Below are positions 11,689 to 25,300 of a DNA stretch of 64,000 nucleotides, one piece after another. This stretch comes from Octopus sinensis (taxonomy: Eukaryota), in the NCBI RefSeq assembly GCF_006345805.1, contig NC_043009.1, positions 18,910,001-18,974,000 on the forward strand, written 5' to 3'. Every line of letters begins with the position of its first letter. The stretch's first letter is position 1. Below the pieces are notes generated by a model. The model ran no database searches and was not told where the DNA came from. It saw nothing but the letters and a program-made list of their open reading frames with translations. Both the position numbers and the translations under genes were made by a program.

Positions 11689-11746
11689 GCCAGATCACCG
11701 GCGATTTCGAATTTTGATGCAGAGCATCTTGATTCTCATCAGTGGC
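11689..11746 (-). ncRNA. Type I hammerhead ribozyme motif, apparently intact
   Basis: Minus strand: gcca CUGAUGA gaau-caa-gaugc-ucu-gcauc-aaa-auuc GAAA ucg-ccgg-uga UC uggc. All core residues are present, three stems pair, and the cleavage triplet is AUC. Confidence 0.8.
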
Positions 11747-11849
11747 TCTTACTGCACCTGCACCTAGGATTAAACTCAACCCTCCTTGTCAGCTTATAAG
11801 AAAACGCTGATTTCAAAAACGGTAAAAGTGAAAGCTATAAATAACATGG

Positions 11850-12228
11850 GTGACTTATTAGCAATTTATCAACCTAAAGGCAAATTTATTTAGAAGTTGT
11901 CCTTAAAGTGGACAGTTTCAGACCCATTTTCAGAGGATGGATTGCTGCAATGCACAGCGGCACCGGATCAGTGGTCAAAGTAAACGGCCATCTATCGGAT
12001 CTGTTTAGCATCACACTCAATCCGTGAGGGCTACTCGCTGTCCCCTCTTCTGTAGGTGCTGGCTCTCGAGTCACTGCTTCAGAAGTTGGAACATTTGGGG
12101 GGCATCTCTTTCGAAATGGGACTCGGAAGGAAAGTTTCGGCATTTACGGACGAAATCACCGTCTTGGTGTTGGACGCCTCCGAAGTGGAGCCGATCGGCT
12201 CTATTCTAGAGGAGTCGGTTCCATGAGC
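11850..12228 (+). mobile_element. Tx1/L1-like RT fragment
   Basis: Decayed frames give VLKVDSFRPIFRGWIAAMHSGTGSVVKVNGHLS and a QGCPLSP-like motif, ...EITVLVLDASEVEPIGSILEE. Confidence 0.7.
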
Positions 12229-12985
12229 CAAAATCAGAATGAAGCTTTTTACGTCTTTCATGGTTTTTAACGAGCTTTAGCTTCCAGTCGTTAAATGTTT
12301 CAAGATATTTTTCCAGTCCAATTGTGGTGGTTTTGTAGGAGATTTCAAATTGGATCAAGCCTCGACTTTCTTGAGCTCTGGGTAGGTAAAGACGATCTGC
12401 ATCTGCCTTTGGGTGGTGCGTCTTTTTGCAAGTCAGCAGCTTACAGAGTTTCCGGTCAATCTTCCTTATTTCGCTCATATTCCAGTTCAACACATTGAAA
12501 CTGTAACTATCAATAGGAACTGCTAAGGAACCTTGTTGCGTGCATTTAACTCGGATTTTAGGACTGCGCGAGCTCTCCTGTAACATTCCTTCCTGATCTT
12601 CTCTTTCATACTTGCATGTTGAATGCCAGAGCCCTCATTTATTCCGTGGTATTTGTAAGATTGTATTTCCTCGACTTCTTTTATGACTGTGTCAACATCC
12701 AACACCACTGAATGCGAGGTCTTCAATTTCCCTTTCTGGTAAGTGGCCTTGGCACATTTATCAAGACCAAATTCCATCCCGATGTCATCACTGAATGCTT
12801 TCACAGTACGTAGTAATCCTTCAAGTTCATTGTCGTCCTTGCCATAGAGTTTTAAGTCATCCATATAAATTGGATGACTTATTTTGTCGCCAATTTTATA
12901 TCCCTACCCTGTTCTGTTGAGTTCGCTTGTAAAGGGTATTAGGGCTATGCAGTGGACACCCTTTTTGTAATTAATCCATCCCGAA
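12228..12985 (-). mobile_element. R4/Dong-like RT fragment
   Basis: CIALIPFTSELNRTG...IYMDDLKLYGKDDNELEGLLRTVKAFSDDIGMEFGLDKCAK...YKYHG...RKIDRKLCKLLTCKKTHHPKADADRLYLPR. Confidence 0.9.
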
Positions 12986-12986
12986 C

Positions 12987-12995
12987 TAAGATTTC

Positions 12996-13038
<43 letters not shown>

Positions 13039-13065
13039 ACTACTACTACTACCACCACCACCACC

Positions 13066-13106
<41 letters not shown>

Positions 13107-13145
13107 CACCATTACAACTACTACTACTACTAACACTACTACTAT
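12987..13145. repeat. Compound trinucleotide microsatellite (GTT/CTA/CCA)
   Basis: Read directly from sequence. Confidence 0.95.
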
Positions 13146-13800
13146 ATGAAAACACACAGCTTATTTTGATGGATATGAGAAGTTTCAGCTGTCTATAGCC
13201 AGAAGACTAAGGTAACACTTGTTTACTGGTCAGGCTTCAAGAACCCTTGCGAAGAATTCTTGCAGTTCCAATCAGTGACGATGTCTGTGGCTGTTCTACA
13301 TTCACACTTGCACCAATATTTTTCACCATGTTGGTAGTTGAGTGCTAATACTTCCAAATGCACCAATCACTATTGGTATCACGTCTACTCTCTTAGTTCA
13401 CCAAAACCTTCGCATTTCCCACTTCAAATCGTCATGATCGTTTATTTTTTTCTTCTTGTCCCTGTTGTGACCGGGACATGCTATGTTGATTATGTTCCCG
13501 TGGTCTTTCTTTTTTATTCACCACAACAATGTCCGGTTTCCGAAGGCGGGTGATCGCACTGGATCATTGCATCCCACAGGATTTTGAAATTCTCAATTTC
13601 GGTGACACCTGGATTTTTCTCATACCATGTCTTTTCTCTTTGTGGGCCGTGATTTCCACAGAGCTCCCAATGGATCGTTCTTGCCACAATGTCATGGCGT
13701 TTCTTGTATTCGCGTTGTGACAATTTCGGGCATTCGCTAACGATGTGCAATACCGTTTCACCCTTATCACCACACATTCTGCATTTATCGCTATCGGTTA
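13145..13800 (-). mobile_element. R4/Dong-like LINE 3' end (CCHC and RLE, second family)
   Basis: CRMCGDKGETVLHIVSECPKLSQREYKKRHDIVARTIHWELC...ILWDAMIQCDH, followed by a decayed RPDIVVV motif. Bounded by (TAA)n at 13800-13860. Confidence 0.88.
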
Positions 13801-13801
13801 C

Positions 13802-13855
<54 letters not shown>

Positions 13856-13879
13856 CATTATTATCGTTTATGGACGCAT

Positions 13880-15240
13880 TAAGAGGCATCCCGCGTGATC
13901 TAGGATGTGAGAGAAGTGTGTCAGCTAACCCTGATGATGTCACCGTCATAATGTCGAACCGCAGGCATAAGACCTGATTGGCAAAACACTACAAGAATAT
14001 GAAGCGGTGACAGGAACAAAAATTAACACGGAAAAGTCAGTGGGCTTGCAACTTGGCACCTGGAGAGGTAAGTCCATGCCGTCCCACGGTGTCGTGGGGC
14101 ACTGGAACGACGGTCCCGTTAAGTTGCTCGGAGTCTGGTTTGGTCCGGACTTCCAGGTGGAGAAGAACTGGGACGAGATAGCGAGCAGGGTTGTAAATCT
14201 AACCCAGAAATGGAACGAGAGGAAGCTGCCCTAGAAAGGTCGAGTGGAGGTGGCGAATGCGTACATTACATACGTCATCTATTACCGCTTGACTGTCGTT
14301 CATTGTCCTGTTTACTGGATGACGAAGCTGGTGCGCTTACTCTTCCACTTTCCACTGGTCAGGCTCTCCATCTGCTGTCAACAGCCGCCTAATGGAGGGC
14401 TGGGCATGCTGTGGTTACTGATGCGGAGACATGCGCTGAGGTTGCGGTATCCCCAACGTTTCCTTGACGGTAAGCAGGTGAGGTCACCTTTTGTAAGAGA
14501 CACTTTCCCACAGCTCCTCTCTTTGACTGAGCTGTAATCCCGGATTAAGCGTAGACCGAGGAGGGGTGCTTGGCACCTCGAGTGCCATCAAGTGCTGGCA
14601 GCCCTCCGTTCCATAGAGGGCTACTTGAGGGAAATTGCGACGACGTTCTTGGTGAAACTTTGGGCGTCGATGACGATCAACTAACCGGTCTGTTCCGCAG
14701 AACTTTCGGGTCTGGGCCTATGGATAACTTCCAGAAACCCCTTACCTGGCTATGCTACCGACGGTGCTGCCTGTTCGCGATAAACTTTACAGACACGGTA
14801 GTGCCGTCAGCCGGGCCTGCCTGAGTTGCGCCCAGAACGATGAAACCGTTCTACACGCCTTAGTCCAGTGCCCGAGTATTACTGACCTGTAGGTTTATGT
14901 TTAACACCTGCTGTCGCGTGTAGGACGGATCTGGCTATCAGCTGAATCCATTGTGAAGATTGCCCCGCCACTCTCTTTTGGCCGGGAGGGACAGGCAATT
15001 TGTCTTGTGGCTGTAGAGAAAGAGGTAGTATGGTGGACCCGTTTAAAAGGGCTGAAGACAGACACTTTCCTCTTTGGCCAAGCCCTCATTAACTTTTTCA
15101 AGTTTCACATGAAAAGGAAGTTGAGGGCAGAGAGGGAAGTGTTGCCTTGTAGCAAGTTTGTTGAAAGGTGGGTGAATGTTGGAAGAATGACCAGTGTGAA
15201 AGGACCGATTCCGAGCATGCACTGGCGAAAAAAATAAGGA
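13880..15240 (+). mobile_element. Tx1/L1-like LINE ORF2, 5'-truncated and decayed
   Basis: DDVTVI, KINTEKS, VKLLGVWFG, KGRVEVANAY, GGLGM, a CCHC remnant (ETVLHALVQCP) and the C-terminal KRKLRAEREVL. Many stops and frameshifts. Confidence 0.9.
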
Positions 15241-15279
15241 AGAATATACATATTCATAGTTATTGTAAATTATTTCTCG

Positions 15280-15910
15280 TACTCATTTTTATTTTTTTCT
15301 TGTGGTTCCACACATGAGTTTTAACTTGTGGGGATTAAGAGTTATCTTGTTACGAATCGTTCTCGCCAATGCATCATGCTTCGTAAGAAAACATTCTCTC
15401 ACAGTTAGCAATGGCTTGTTAAGGTCTTCTGCTTCGTCATATGCAGCCTACACTCGTTTGTATGTCAACATTTTATACCTCTCTTCGGGCCTTCTGCCTA
15501 GAGTAGAAAAGAACATCTTATACCCCTTATACCGTAGGTACTTTCATCAGATTAACAAGTAACCGGTTAATATACGTTTACAAACATTTCACTGAAGTCA
15601 AAACTTTCTCAGAAAACATAATGATTGAATTTGTTGGAAACTTTTCTCTAATTTTGAAATTAAAAATTATATTTTTCTCAGGCTAATACTCATTTCTCAC
15701 TTTCAATTTGTCTCACTCACACTTGTATGATTCAAAGGATTAATTACATTAACTAGTACCAAACATTTCACTGAAATCTGAACCGTTCTCAGGAGAAATG
15801 ACGACCGAAAATGTTGGGAATAAGGACGAAGTCTTTTGAAATTTTGAAATGAAAAATTATTGTTCTCTCAGGCTGATATTCATCATTACTGACTTTCAAT
15901 TTTTCTCACT
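15280..15910. repeat. Diverged ~180-230 bp tandem repeat, block 1
   Basis: Marker aaacatttcactgaa at 15582 and 15761, shared with the 18100-21100 block. Confidence 0.7.
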
Positions 15911-15924
15911 TTTATTTGTCAGGC

Positions 15925-16819
15925 CAGCTTAAGGTGACCCGTTCTACGCGCGGTTAAGAGTGTGGTTGTTACTTTCTGTTTCTTCCTTTCTGTTTTTCAT
16001 CACCACATTCTCCCTCTTTGTTTCTCTCTCCTTTCTCTCTCACTTTCCCACTCACTTACTCTTCCGTTCTCTCGGACTCTCCCTCGCTTTCTCTTACTCT
16101 CTATCCTTCTCTATCTATCTCTCTCCCATTTATAAACAACAAAAATCTTGAGTAAGTTGAGAAATAAAAATATTTTGAAAGATCAATCATAAATATCAGG
16201 CAGTGACAACGGAAAGGTCTGCTTCAAGGCAGACAGCAAAACACTAGCATTTAAAAGGGACAGACGAACTTGCGGGCTGAATAAAAAGGAAAAAATATTG
16301 GAAACCAAAGTTTGAAGGGATAGAATCTTGGGATAGTAGACTCGCCATGGCTGACATTTCTTAACGACGGACAGCAACGTAATGGCAGTTTAACGGCTGA
16401 CGTAAAATTATGAACTTGATGTAAAAGGAAATTCCTAACACCAAGTTTTGAAGTGATTCTTTCTCACAACAGTAGACTCACCATGGCAAGCATTCAAAAC
16501 TTCTTCATCATGGACGGCAACACATTGACGATTTAAAGGCTGGCGCAAATTTTTTAACTTGATGTAACAGAGTATTCCTAAACACCCGCTCCTGTAAATT
16601 TTGATCCCCTTCCAGCCTATTTACACCCCTTTTCGCATTTTGGTTAATATAACCCGATTTCATTCGGGTCTACTCAGGCCACATTTAGTAAGATGAGGAA
16701 TGTTTTCCTAGAGGTCACGCCTTTCATTTGAGGAAATAAATAGTTGCCATGCAAACTTGCCAGCACTTTTAACATAGGTGTGCATATTTTCAGCTCAACC
16801 AAACACATAATGCACACAT

Positions 16820-16820
<1 letters not shown>
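15925..16820 (-). mobile_element. Probable non-autonomous Helitron-related element
   Basis: 16640-16800 is homologous to 58130-58260. It contains an internal ~140 bp diverged repeat (agtagactc(g/a)ccatgg near 16335 and 16470). Confidence 0.4.
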
Positions 16821-16889
<69 letters not shown>

Positions 16890-17050
16890 ATGAGTGTATA
16901 TATATACTTTATTTTAAGCAGCAGAAAATTCAACAAAATCTGTTACTCTGAGTTTCTCGTTGCCGTTCATCAGACAGTTTTTTTATATATATATATATTA
17001 TATATATATATATATGTACATATATATAATGAGGATATATATATATATAT

Positions 17051-17428
17051 AGGCGCAGGAGTGGCTGTGTGGTAAGTAGCTTGTTTACCAACCACATGGT
17101 TCCGGATTCAGTCCCACTGCGTGGTATCTTGGGCAAGTGTCTTCTACTATAGCCTCGGGCCGACCAAAGCCTTGTGAGTGGATTTGGTAGACAGAAACTG
17201 AAAGAAGCCCGTCGTATATATATATATATATATATATATATGCGTGTCTGTGTTTGTCCCCCTAGCATTGCTTGACAACCGATGCTGGTGTGTTTATGTC
17301 CCCGTTACTTAGCGGTTCGGCAAAAGAGACCGATAGAATAAGTACTGGGATTAAGTTGCTCGATTAAAGGCGGTGCTCCAACATGGCCGCAGTCAAATGA
17401 CTGAAACAAGTAAATGAGTAAGAGAGTA
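17051..17428 (+). mobile_element. tRNA-derived SINE (family B), full length
   Basis: A/B-box-like head, cttgggcaagtg (CORE-like) segment, internal (TA)n, 3' cagtcaaatgactgaaacaag. Confidence 0.9.
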
Positions 17429-17461
17429 TATATACTCATTAAATATATATATGTACACGCA

Positions 17462-17514
<53 letters not shown>

Positions 17515-17666
17515 AGTGTGTGTGTGTGTGTGTGTGTTGTACGCTTTATATATACAAATGTATACAAATTATATATATATAAATACAGATATATACACTT
17601 TGTATATATATATTATATATACATATTTATATATAGAACACACACACATATATAATTAACACAATA

Positions 17667-17748
17667 ATTATCGCCAGCACCACCACCACACAATCATGAG
17701 AACAAATATTTGTTCTCATGATTGTGTGGTGGTGGTGCTGGCGATAAT
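17667..17748. repeat. Perfect 82-bp palindrome with no spacer
   Basis: 41-bp arm attatcgccagcaccaccaccacacaatcatgagaacaaat directly followed by its exact reverse complement. Confidence 0.95.
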
Positions 17749-18099
17749 AATTCTCTCTATGAATGCCGACAAAGAGAGAGAGAAAGAGAGAGAGGCTGTG
17801 AGAAGGCGGCGAGGGAAAGATAGTTGATGCTGTCACACGTCGTTATAGAGAGAACGTGAAGGGAAGGGAGGAAAGAGAGAGAGACGGAGGAAGACAGATA
17901 AGAGAAGGAGAGTAACGACAAAGACTTGTCAAAGTGTGGGGTTTTTTGCCCTTGTACCCACAGCTTTTGAGATAGGGATTTCTAACCAGGCCCACTCACA
18001 TCCTCACCTCATTTTACATGTCCCTGTAAATTTTGGTGCGAATCCGACGGAACTAGTGCCTTTCAACCCGTTCCAATGCCAAAACCAGAAAAAACAAAC

Positions 18100-19517
18100 A
18101 AACTTTCTCATTTCAGATTTATAAATATTGATTTAGAAGTAATGGGTTCATGTAAATTAACTAATAGCTGAAGATTGTATCTGCCAAACATTTCACTGAG
18201 ATATCTAACTTTCTCAAACATTTCACTGAAATCTCAAACTTTCTCAGAAAACACAACGATAGAAAATGTTGGAAAATCTTAAGAAGTAATCTACTTCCGA
18301 ATCGTTCTCGCCACTGCATCATGCCTCTAGACAAAGCATTCTCTCACAGCTGTCAATAGCTGGTTGAATTCTTCGTTGTGTGTCAACATTTTATACCTGT
18401 AGGTATTTTTTCAGATTCAGAAAGAATGGGTTAATATACATTAACTTGTAGCTGTGAAGATAATATCTACCAAAAATATCATTGAAATCTCGATCTTTCT
18501 CAGAAAACGTAACGACCTAAATCAGCGCCGATTCTTTTGAAAAATTTTGAAATGAAAATTTGCTTTCATCATTAGTGACATTCAATTTTTCTCAATTTTA
18601 TTTCTTAGATTCAGAAGTAATGTGTTCATGTAAGTTAACAAACAGCTGTGAAGATTATATCTAGCAAACATTTCACTGAAATCTTTATCAACCTTTATCA
18701 CAAAACATGACGGCCGAAAATGTTAAATGAAAAATTATGGTTTCTCATTAGTGACTCAATTTTACGGAATTTTAGATATAAAATTACGGAATTTTAGATA
18801 TAAAATTAATGGGTTTATATATATTTACTAAAAACTGTGATCACTATACTTACCAAATATTTCACTGAAGTCCACACCTTTCAAAGAAAACTTGAAGACC
18901 AAAGATATCGGAAATAAGCATGAATTTATTCGAAATGTTTAAAATGAAAATTGTTTGTTTTCTTTCATCATTAGTGATTGACTTTATCCTTACAATTATC
19001 AAATTCAGAACTACCCTCTTAATATATTCACTATTACCTGGAAGATTATATTTAGCAAACTTTTCTCGGCAATCTTTTAATTTAAAACATAGAACTGTAA
19101 ATACTGGAATTCATCAGCAAATTGTTCTAAAATATTAAATCGAAACATTGCACTTTCTCTGACATGATTTTTAAATTATCTTTTCGGATTCCGAAGCAAT
19201 ATGTTACCACACATTTACATGTAGCTTTAAACTTTATATTTAACTGAAGTCAAAATATTTCTCACAATCGCTGGAAAGGTGTTGACAATTTTCAGCAACT
19301 CATTTGACAATTTTTGAAATGAAAATTGCATTTCTTTCGTCAATTCTCATGATGAAGTATACATAGTTATTGTAAATTTCATCTACTCGCTCTACACATG
19401 TGAGAAGTTCAGTTTTAACTTGTGGGGATTCAGAAGTAATATTGTTCCGAAATGTTCTCGCTTCTACATCATGCCTCGTGAGAAAGAATTATCCATACAA
19501 TTCAAAACAACTGTTTT

Positions 19518-19591
<74 letters not shown>

Positions 19592-21100
19592 AGTAGTTTT
19601 AATTACCTGTGAAGATTATATTTACCAAACGTTTCTCTGCAATCTTTTAATTTAAAACATAGAACTGTAAATATTGGAAATCATCAGCAAATTTTTCTAA
19701 AATATTAAATTGAAACATTGCACTTTCTCTTGCATATTCCTCACTTGTGATTTTTAAATTATTTCATTCGCACTTTTCAGATTCTAAAGCAAATGTTACC
19801 ATGCATTTACAAATAGCTTTAAGATTATATTTAACTGAAGTCAAAATATTTCTCACAATCGCTGGAAAAATGCAGACAATTTTGAAAGGAAAATTGCATT
19901 TACTTTGGTTGTAAACTTCTCCTACTCACACTTTTATATTTTTCTTGTGGTTCCACACATGCGTCGTGAGAAAGCATTCTCTCACAGTTGGAAATAGGTA
20001 GGTGAGGTGTCTGCCTTGGTCTTGCCAAGTCTACATGTGTGTCAAAATTTCCTTCCTCTTATTCTTTGCTCAGATTAAGATGGTATGGATTGATATACAT
20101 ACATATGTGAAGATTATATCCACCAAACATTTCACTGAAATCTCAACCTTTCTCAGAAACATGACGACCGAAATTGTTGGAAGTCAGCACAAAGTGTTTT
20201 GAAACGAAAAATTATTGTTTTCACAATAAATAGGTGTTTTCATCTTTTCTCAATTTTATCTGTCAGATTCAAAATTATGGGTTCATACAAAATTAATTAG
20301 CATCTACCAAACATTTCATTCAAATCGCAACCTTTCTCACAAAACCTGAGGACCGAAAATGTTGGAAATCAGCGTCAAATCTTTTGGAAATGTTAAAGTG
20401 AAAAATTGTTTTCTTATTAGTGACTTTCAATTTTTTTCAATTTTACTAATTATATACAGAATAAATGGGTCCATATATATTTACTAAAAGCTGTGACCAT
20501 TATATACTTACAGCTGTGAAGATTATATCCACGAAAACATTTCACTGAAATCTCACCCTTTCTCAGAAAACTTGACGATCGAAATTGTTGGAAATCAGCA
20601 CAAAGCCTTTTGAAGATTTTAAAATGAAAACTTATTGATTTTTCTGGTTGATATTCATTTTAGTGACGAAGGAAGTCCAAAATGCTAGAAATCAGCATTA
20701 AATTATTCGAAATTTTTTAAATAAAAATTTGTTGTCTTCTCATTATTAGTGATTTTAGTTTTTCCAACAATTGTCAGATTCAGAACTACTGTGAATGCTT
20801 TATTTACCAAATATTTAACTGCATTGAATTTTGTCTAGAAAACATAGAAATGAAAATATTAGGAATCAACAGCAAATGAAATATTGAAATGAAACATTGA
20901 ACTTTTTCAGACGACAAATATTCTTGTGATTAATTTAAAATTTCTCTCACACACACTTGTCAGATTCTGAATTGGTTACCATACACTTATAGCTTTAAAG
21001 GCTATATTTAACTGAAGTCAAAACATTACTTGTGGAGAGAATCGCTAGAAAGTGTTGACAATCTTCAGCAAATCATTTGACAATACTGAAATAAAATTTT
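18100..21100. repeat. Diverged ~180-230 bp tandem repeat array, block 2
   Basis: Marker aaa(c/t)atttca(c/t)t at 18186, 18216, 18666, 18855, 20125, 20309 and 20535. The block 18990-19330 is repeated at 19590-19900. Confidence 0.75.
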
Positions 21101-21139
21101 TGGTGATCTTTTGGTCAATTTTTATAATTTTCTCCTATG

Positions 21140-22307
21140 ACATATGTACATGCACGCATTCATGCATATATACATACATACATATGTACATGCATGCATA
21201 CATACATGCATCCATATATGCAGGCATCCATTAATTCATACATGCATACATGCACACATGCATACATACATACACACATTGATACATATGCACATACATA
21301 CGTATGTATTTATGTAGATATGAATGTATGAAAGCATATATGTATGTATGCATGTATGTATGTAAGCATATATGTATGTATATATGAATGCATGTCTGTA
21401 TGAATGTGTGCATACATGTATGTATGCATATATGTATGTATACATGTATGTATGTAAATATTCATATATGTATGTATGCATGCATATATGTATATATGCA
21501 TGTATGTATGTATGTATGCATGTATGTATGTAAATATTCATATATGTATGTATGCATATATGTATGTATATATGTATCTATGCATGTATTTATGCATGTA
21601 TGCCTGTATGCATGAATGAATGCATGTGTGCATGTATGCATGTATTCCTGTATCTCTATATGTGTATATGTAGTCGGCATGTATGTATCTGTGTGTATGT
21701 AGGTACGTCTGTATGAATGTATGTATGTTTGAATCGATGTATGCCTGTACGACTGCATATATGTAAGTATTATGTATGTATGTACGCATGCATGTATGTA
21801 TGTATGCATTTATGTATGTATGTTTGCATGTACATATATATGTAAGAATGTGTGCTTGCATGCATGTATATATATGTATGTAAGCATGCATGTATGTATA
21901 TGTGTATGGAGGTGTGAATGTATGCATGTATGGTTGTATGTATCTATGCATGCATGTATTTATGTATGCATGTATGCATGTATGCATGTATTCTTGTATG
22001 CTTATATGCATGTGTGCATCTATGTAAGTATGCTTGTATGCAGGTATGTATGAATGCATGTATGCTTGAATGTATGTAAATATATTTCAATGTATACATG
22101 TATGTATGTAAGTGTGCATATATGTATTTATGAATGTATGCATATATCCATGTTTGCATGTATGGATGTAAGTATTTATGCATTTATGTATGTATGCATG
22201 TATGTATTTAGGTATGCATGTAAATATGTATGTATGTACATGCATGTATTTATGTATGCACCCTTGCATTCGTGTATATATGTATGTATATATGCATGCA
22301 TGCACGC

Positions 22308-22371
<64 letters not shown>

Positions 22372-25300
22372 TTATGCATGCATGAATGTATGCACGTATG
22401 AATGCATGTATGTGTATATGCAGATATGTGTGAATACACGTACGTAAACCTGCATGTATGCATTATGTACGTAAGCATGTATGTTTATGTATGTATGTAT
22501 GTATGTATGCATACAAGAATGTATGCATGTATGCATGTATGTATGTATGCATGTACGTTTGTGTGTATGTAATTATTATGTATGCAAGTATGCATGTATT
22601 ATATATGGCTGTATGTATGTGTGTAACTATGTATGTATGCATGCATGCATGTATATATGTGTATATGCATGCACGCAATTGTGTTCATGCATGCATGAAT
22701 GCATATATACTTGTCTGCATACACCTATGTAATATGTTGTATGCATATATGTATGCATATATGTATGCATGTACGTATGTATATATGCATGTATGTAGGT
22801 ATTATGTTGGCATGTATGTAAGTATCTAGTACGTAAGTATTACGTACGTAAGTATTATGTATGTATGTAACTGTGTATATGTCAATATATTTATATATGT
22901 ATGTGTGATTGTATGTATGTATTTGATGTATGCATATATGGAGGTCTATACGTATGCATGTATATATGTATGCATATATGCATGTATGCATGCAAGGTTT
23001 TATACATGTATGTATGTATGCATGCATTCATGTATATGTATGTATATATTATGCATGTATACGTGTATGCATGTATATGTATATGTATGTATGCGTGTAT
23101 GTTTCATGTATGCATGCATGCATATATGTATGCAGGCATGCATGTATGCATATATATGTATGTATATATGTATGTGCGTATGTAGTTACGTTCGTATGTA
23201 TGCATGTATGTATGTATGTATGCATCTATATATTGATAAATATATGTACGTATACATGTATGCATGTATGCATGCATGTATGTATGCATGCATCCATGTA
23301 TGCATTAATTTTTTTAAGCATGTATGTATTTATGCATGTGTGTATGTATGTATGCATCTATGTAAGTATGTATATATGTATGCTTTTATATATGTACGTT
23401 TGCATTATAAATGTATGCATGTATGTATGCAAGTATTATACATGTATGTATATGTGTGTATGTATGTATGTATGCATGCATGCATGTATTATATATTTAT
23501 GTATGCATGCATGCAGGTAGATGTGTATGCATGCATGCAGGTATATGTGTATGTATATATGTATGTATGCATGTAGTATGTGTATATGTAGTATGTATGT
23601 TTGTATGCATGTGTGCATGTGTGCACGTATGCATGTATATTTGTATGTATGCATGCATATATGTGTGCATCTATGAATGTCTGTTCATACGTATGCATGT
23701 ATGCATATCTGTATACATACATATATACATGTATGCAGGTATATATGTATCATGTATGTATTACGTACGTATGTATTATGCATGTATGCATGCATGCATG
23801 CATGTATATATCATTATCTAAGGAGGCATGCATGCATGCTTACGTGTATGTCTGTCTGTATGTATGTATTATGCAGTTATGTATATATATATGCATGTAT
23901 ATATGTATGTCTGTGTGCATGTATGCAAGTGTGCATGTATGCAAGTATGCATCATGTATGTATGTATATATGTACTTATGCCTGTATGTCTGCATGTATT
24001 ATGCATTCATGTATACATGTATATATATATATATGTATGCATATATGTATGCCTGTATGTATGTATGCATTATGTATGCATGCATGTATGCGTGGATGAA
24101 TGCATCTATGTATGTAGATATGCCTGCATGGATGTATATACGTATGTCGTATGTATGTATGTATGTATGTATGTATGTATATATGTACTATGTATGTATG
24201 TATGACTGCATAATTGCATGCGTGTATGTAAGCATGTTTGTTTGCATGCATGTACGTTTGTATGTGTGTATTTGTGTACGTATGTATATATACAGGTATG
24301 TACGTTTCTATCTATGTATATATGCATGTATGTAAGTATGCATATATGCATATTTGTATGTATGCTTATATGTATATATGCATGTTTGCATGTTTGCATA
24401 TATGTATGTATGTATGCATGCATATATATGTATATTCATGTATTTTGTTATGCATGCATATATATATATATGTATATATGAATGTAGTGTGTATGTATGT
24501 ATGCATGTATGAATGTATGCATACATGTATGTATGCATGTATGTATATATGCATGTGTGTATGTATATGTGTACCTATGCATGTATTATCTACGTACGTA
24601 TTATCTATGTATGTATCATGTATGTATGTATGTACGCATGTATACATGTATATATGTATGTTTATATTCTTGCATACATCTATGTATGTATGCCTGTATT
24701 CTTGTATAAAAGTATGTATGAATGTATGTATGCATGTATTTATGCACGTATATATGTATGTATGTTTGTATGTACGCATGCATGCAGGCATTTGTGTTTC
24801 GATGTACATATGCATGCATGTTTTCAGATATGCATGTATGTATGCATGTATATATGTATGTATGCAAGTATGTCTGCATATCTGCATGTATGCATGCCTA
24901 CATGCATGTATATATATATATAAATGTGTGTATGTAGGTATGTATGTATACATGTATGTATGCATGTAAGCATTTATGTATGCAAGTATATAGGTAAGCA
25001 AGTATGTATTATGTATGCATGTATGTATGTGTGTATGTATGCATGTATGTATTTATGCATATATGTATGAATGTATGTATGGATGTATATATGCATGTAT
25101 GTATAGATGTATCAATATATTCATGTATGTATGTATGGGTGCATGTATGCACATATATATGTATGCATTCATGTACTTATGCACGTATATATGTATGTCT
25201 GTTGTATGTATGTATGTATGCGCGTATTATGTTTGTATGTATGTATATATATGAATGTATGAATGCATGTATATATTACGTATGTATGCATATATGTATG

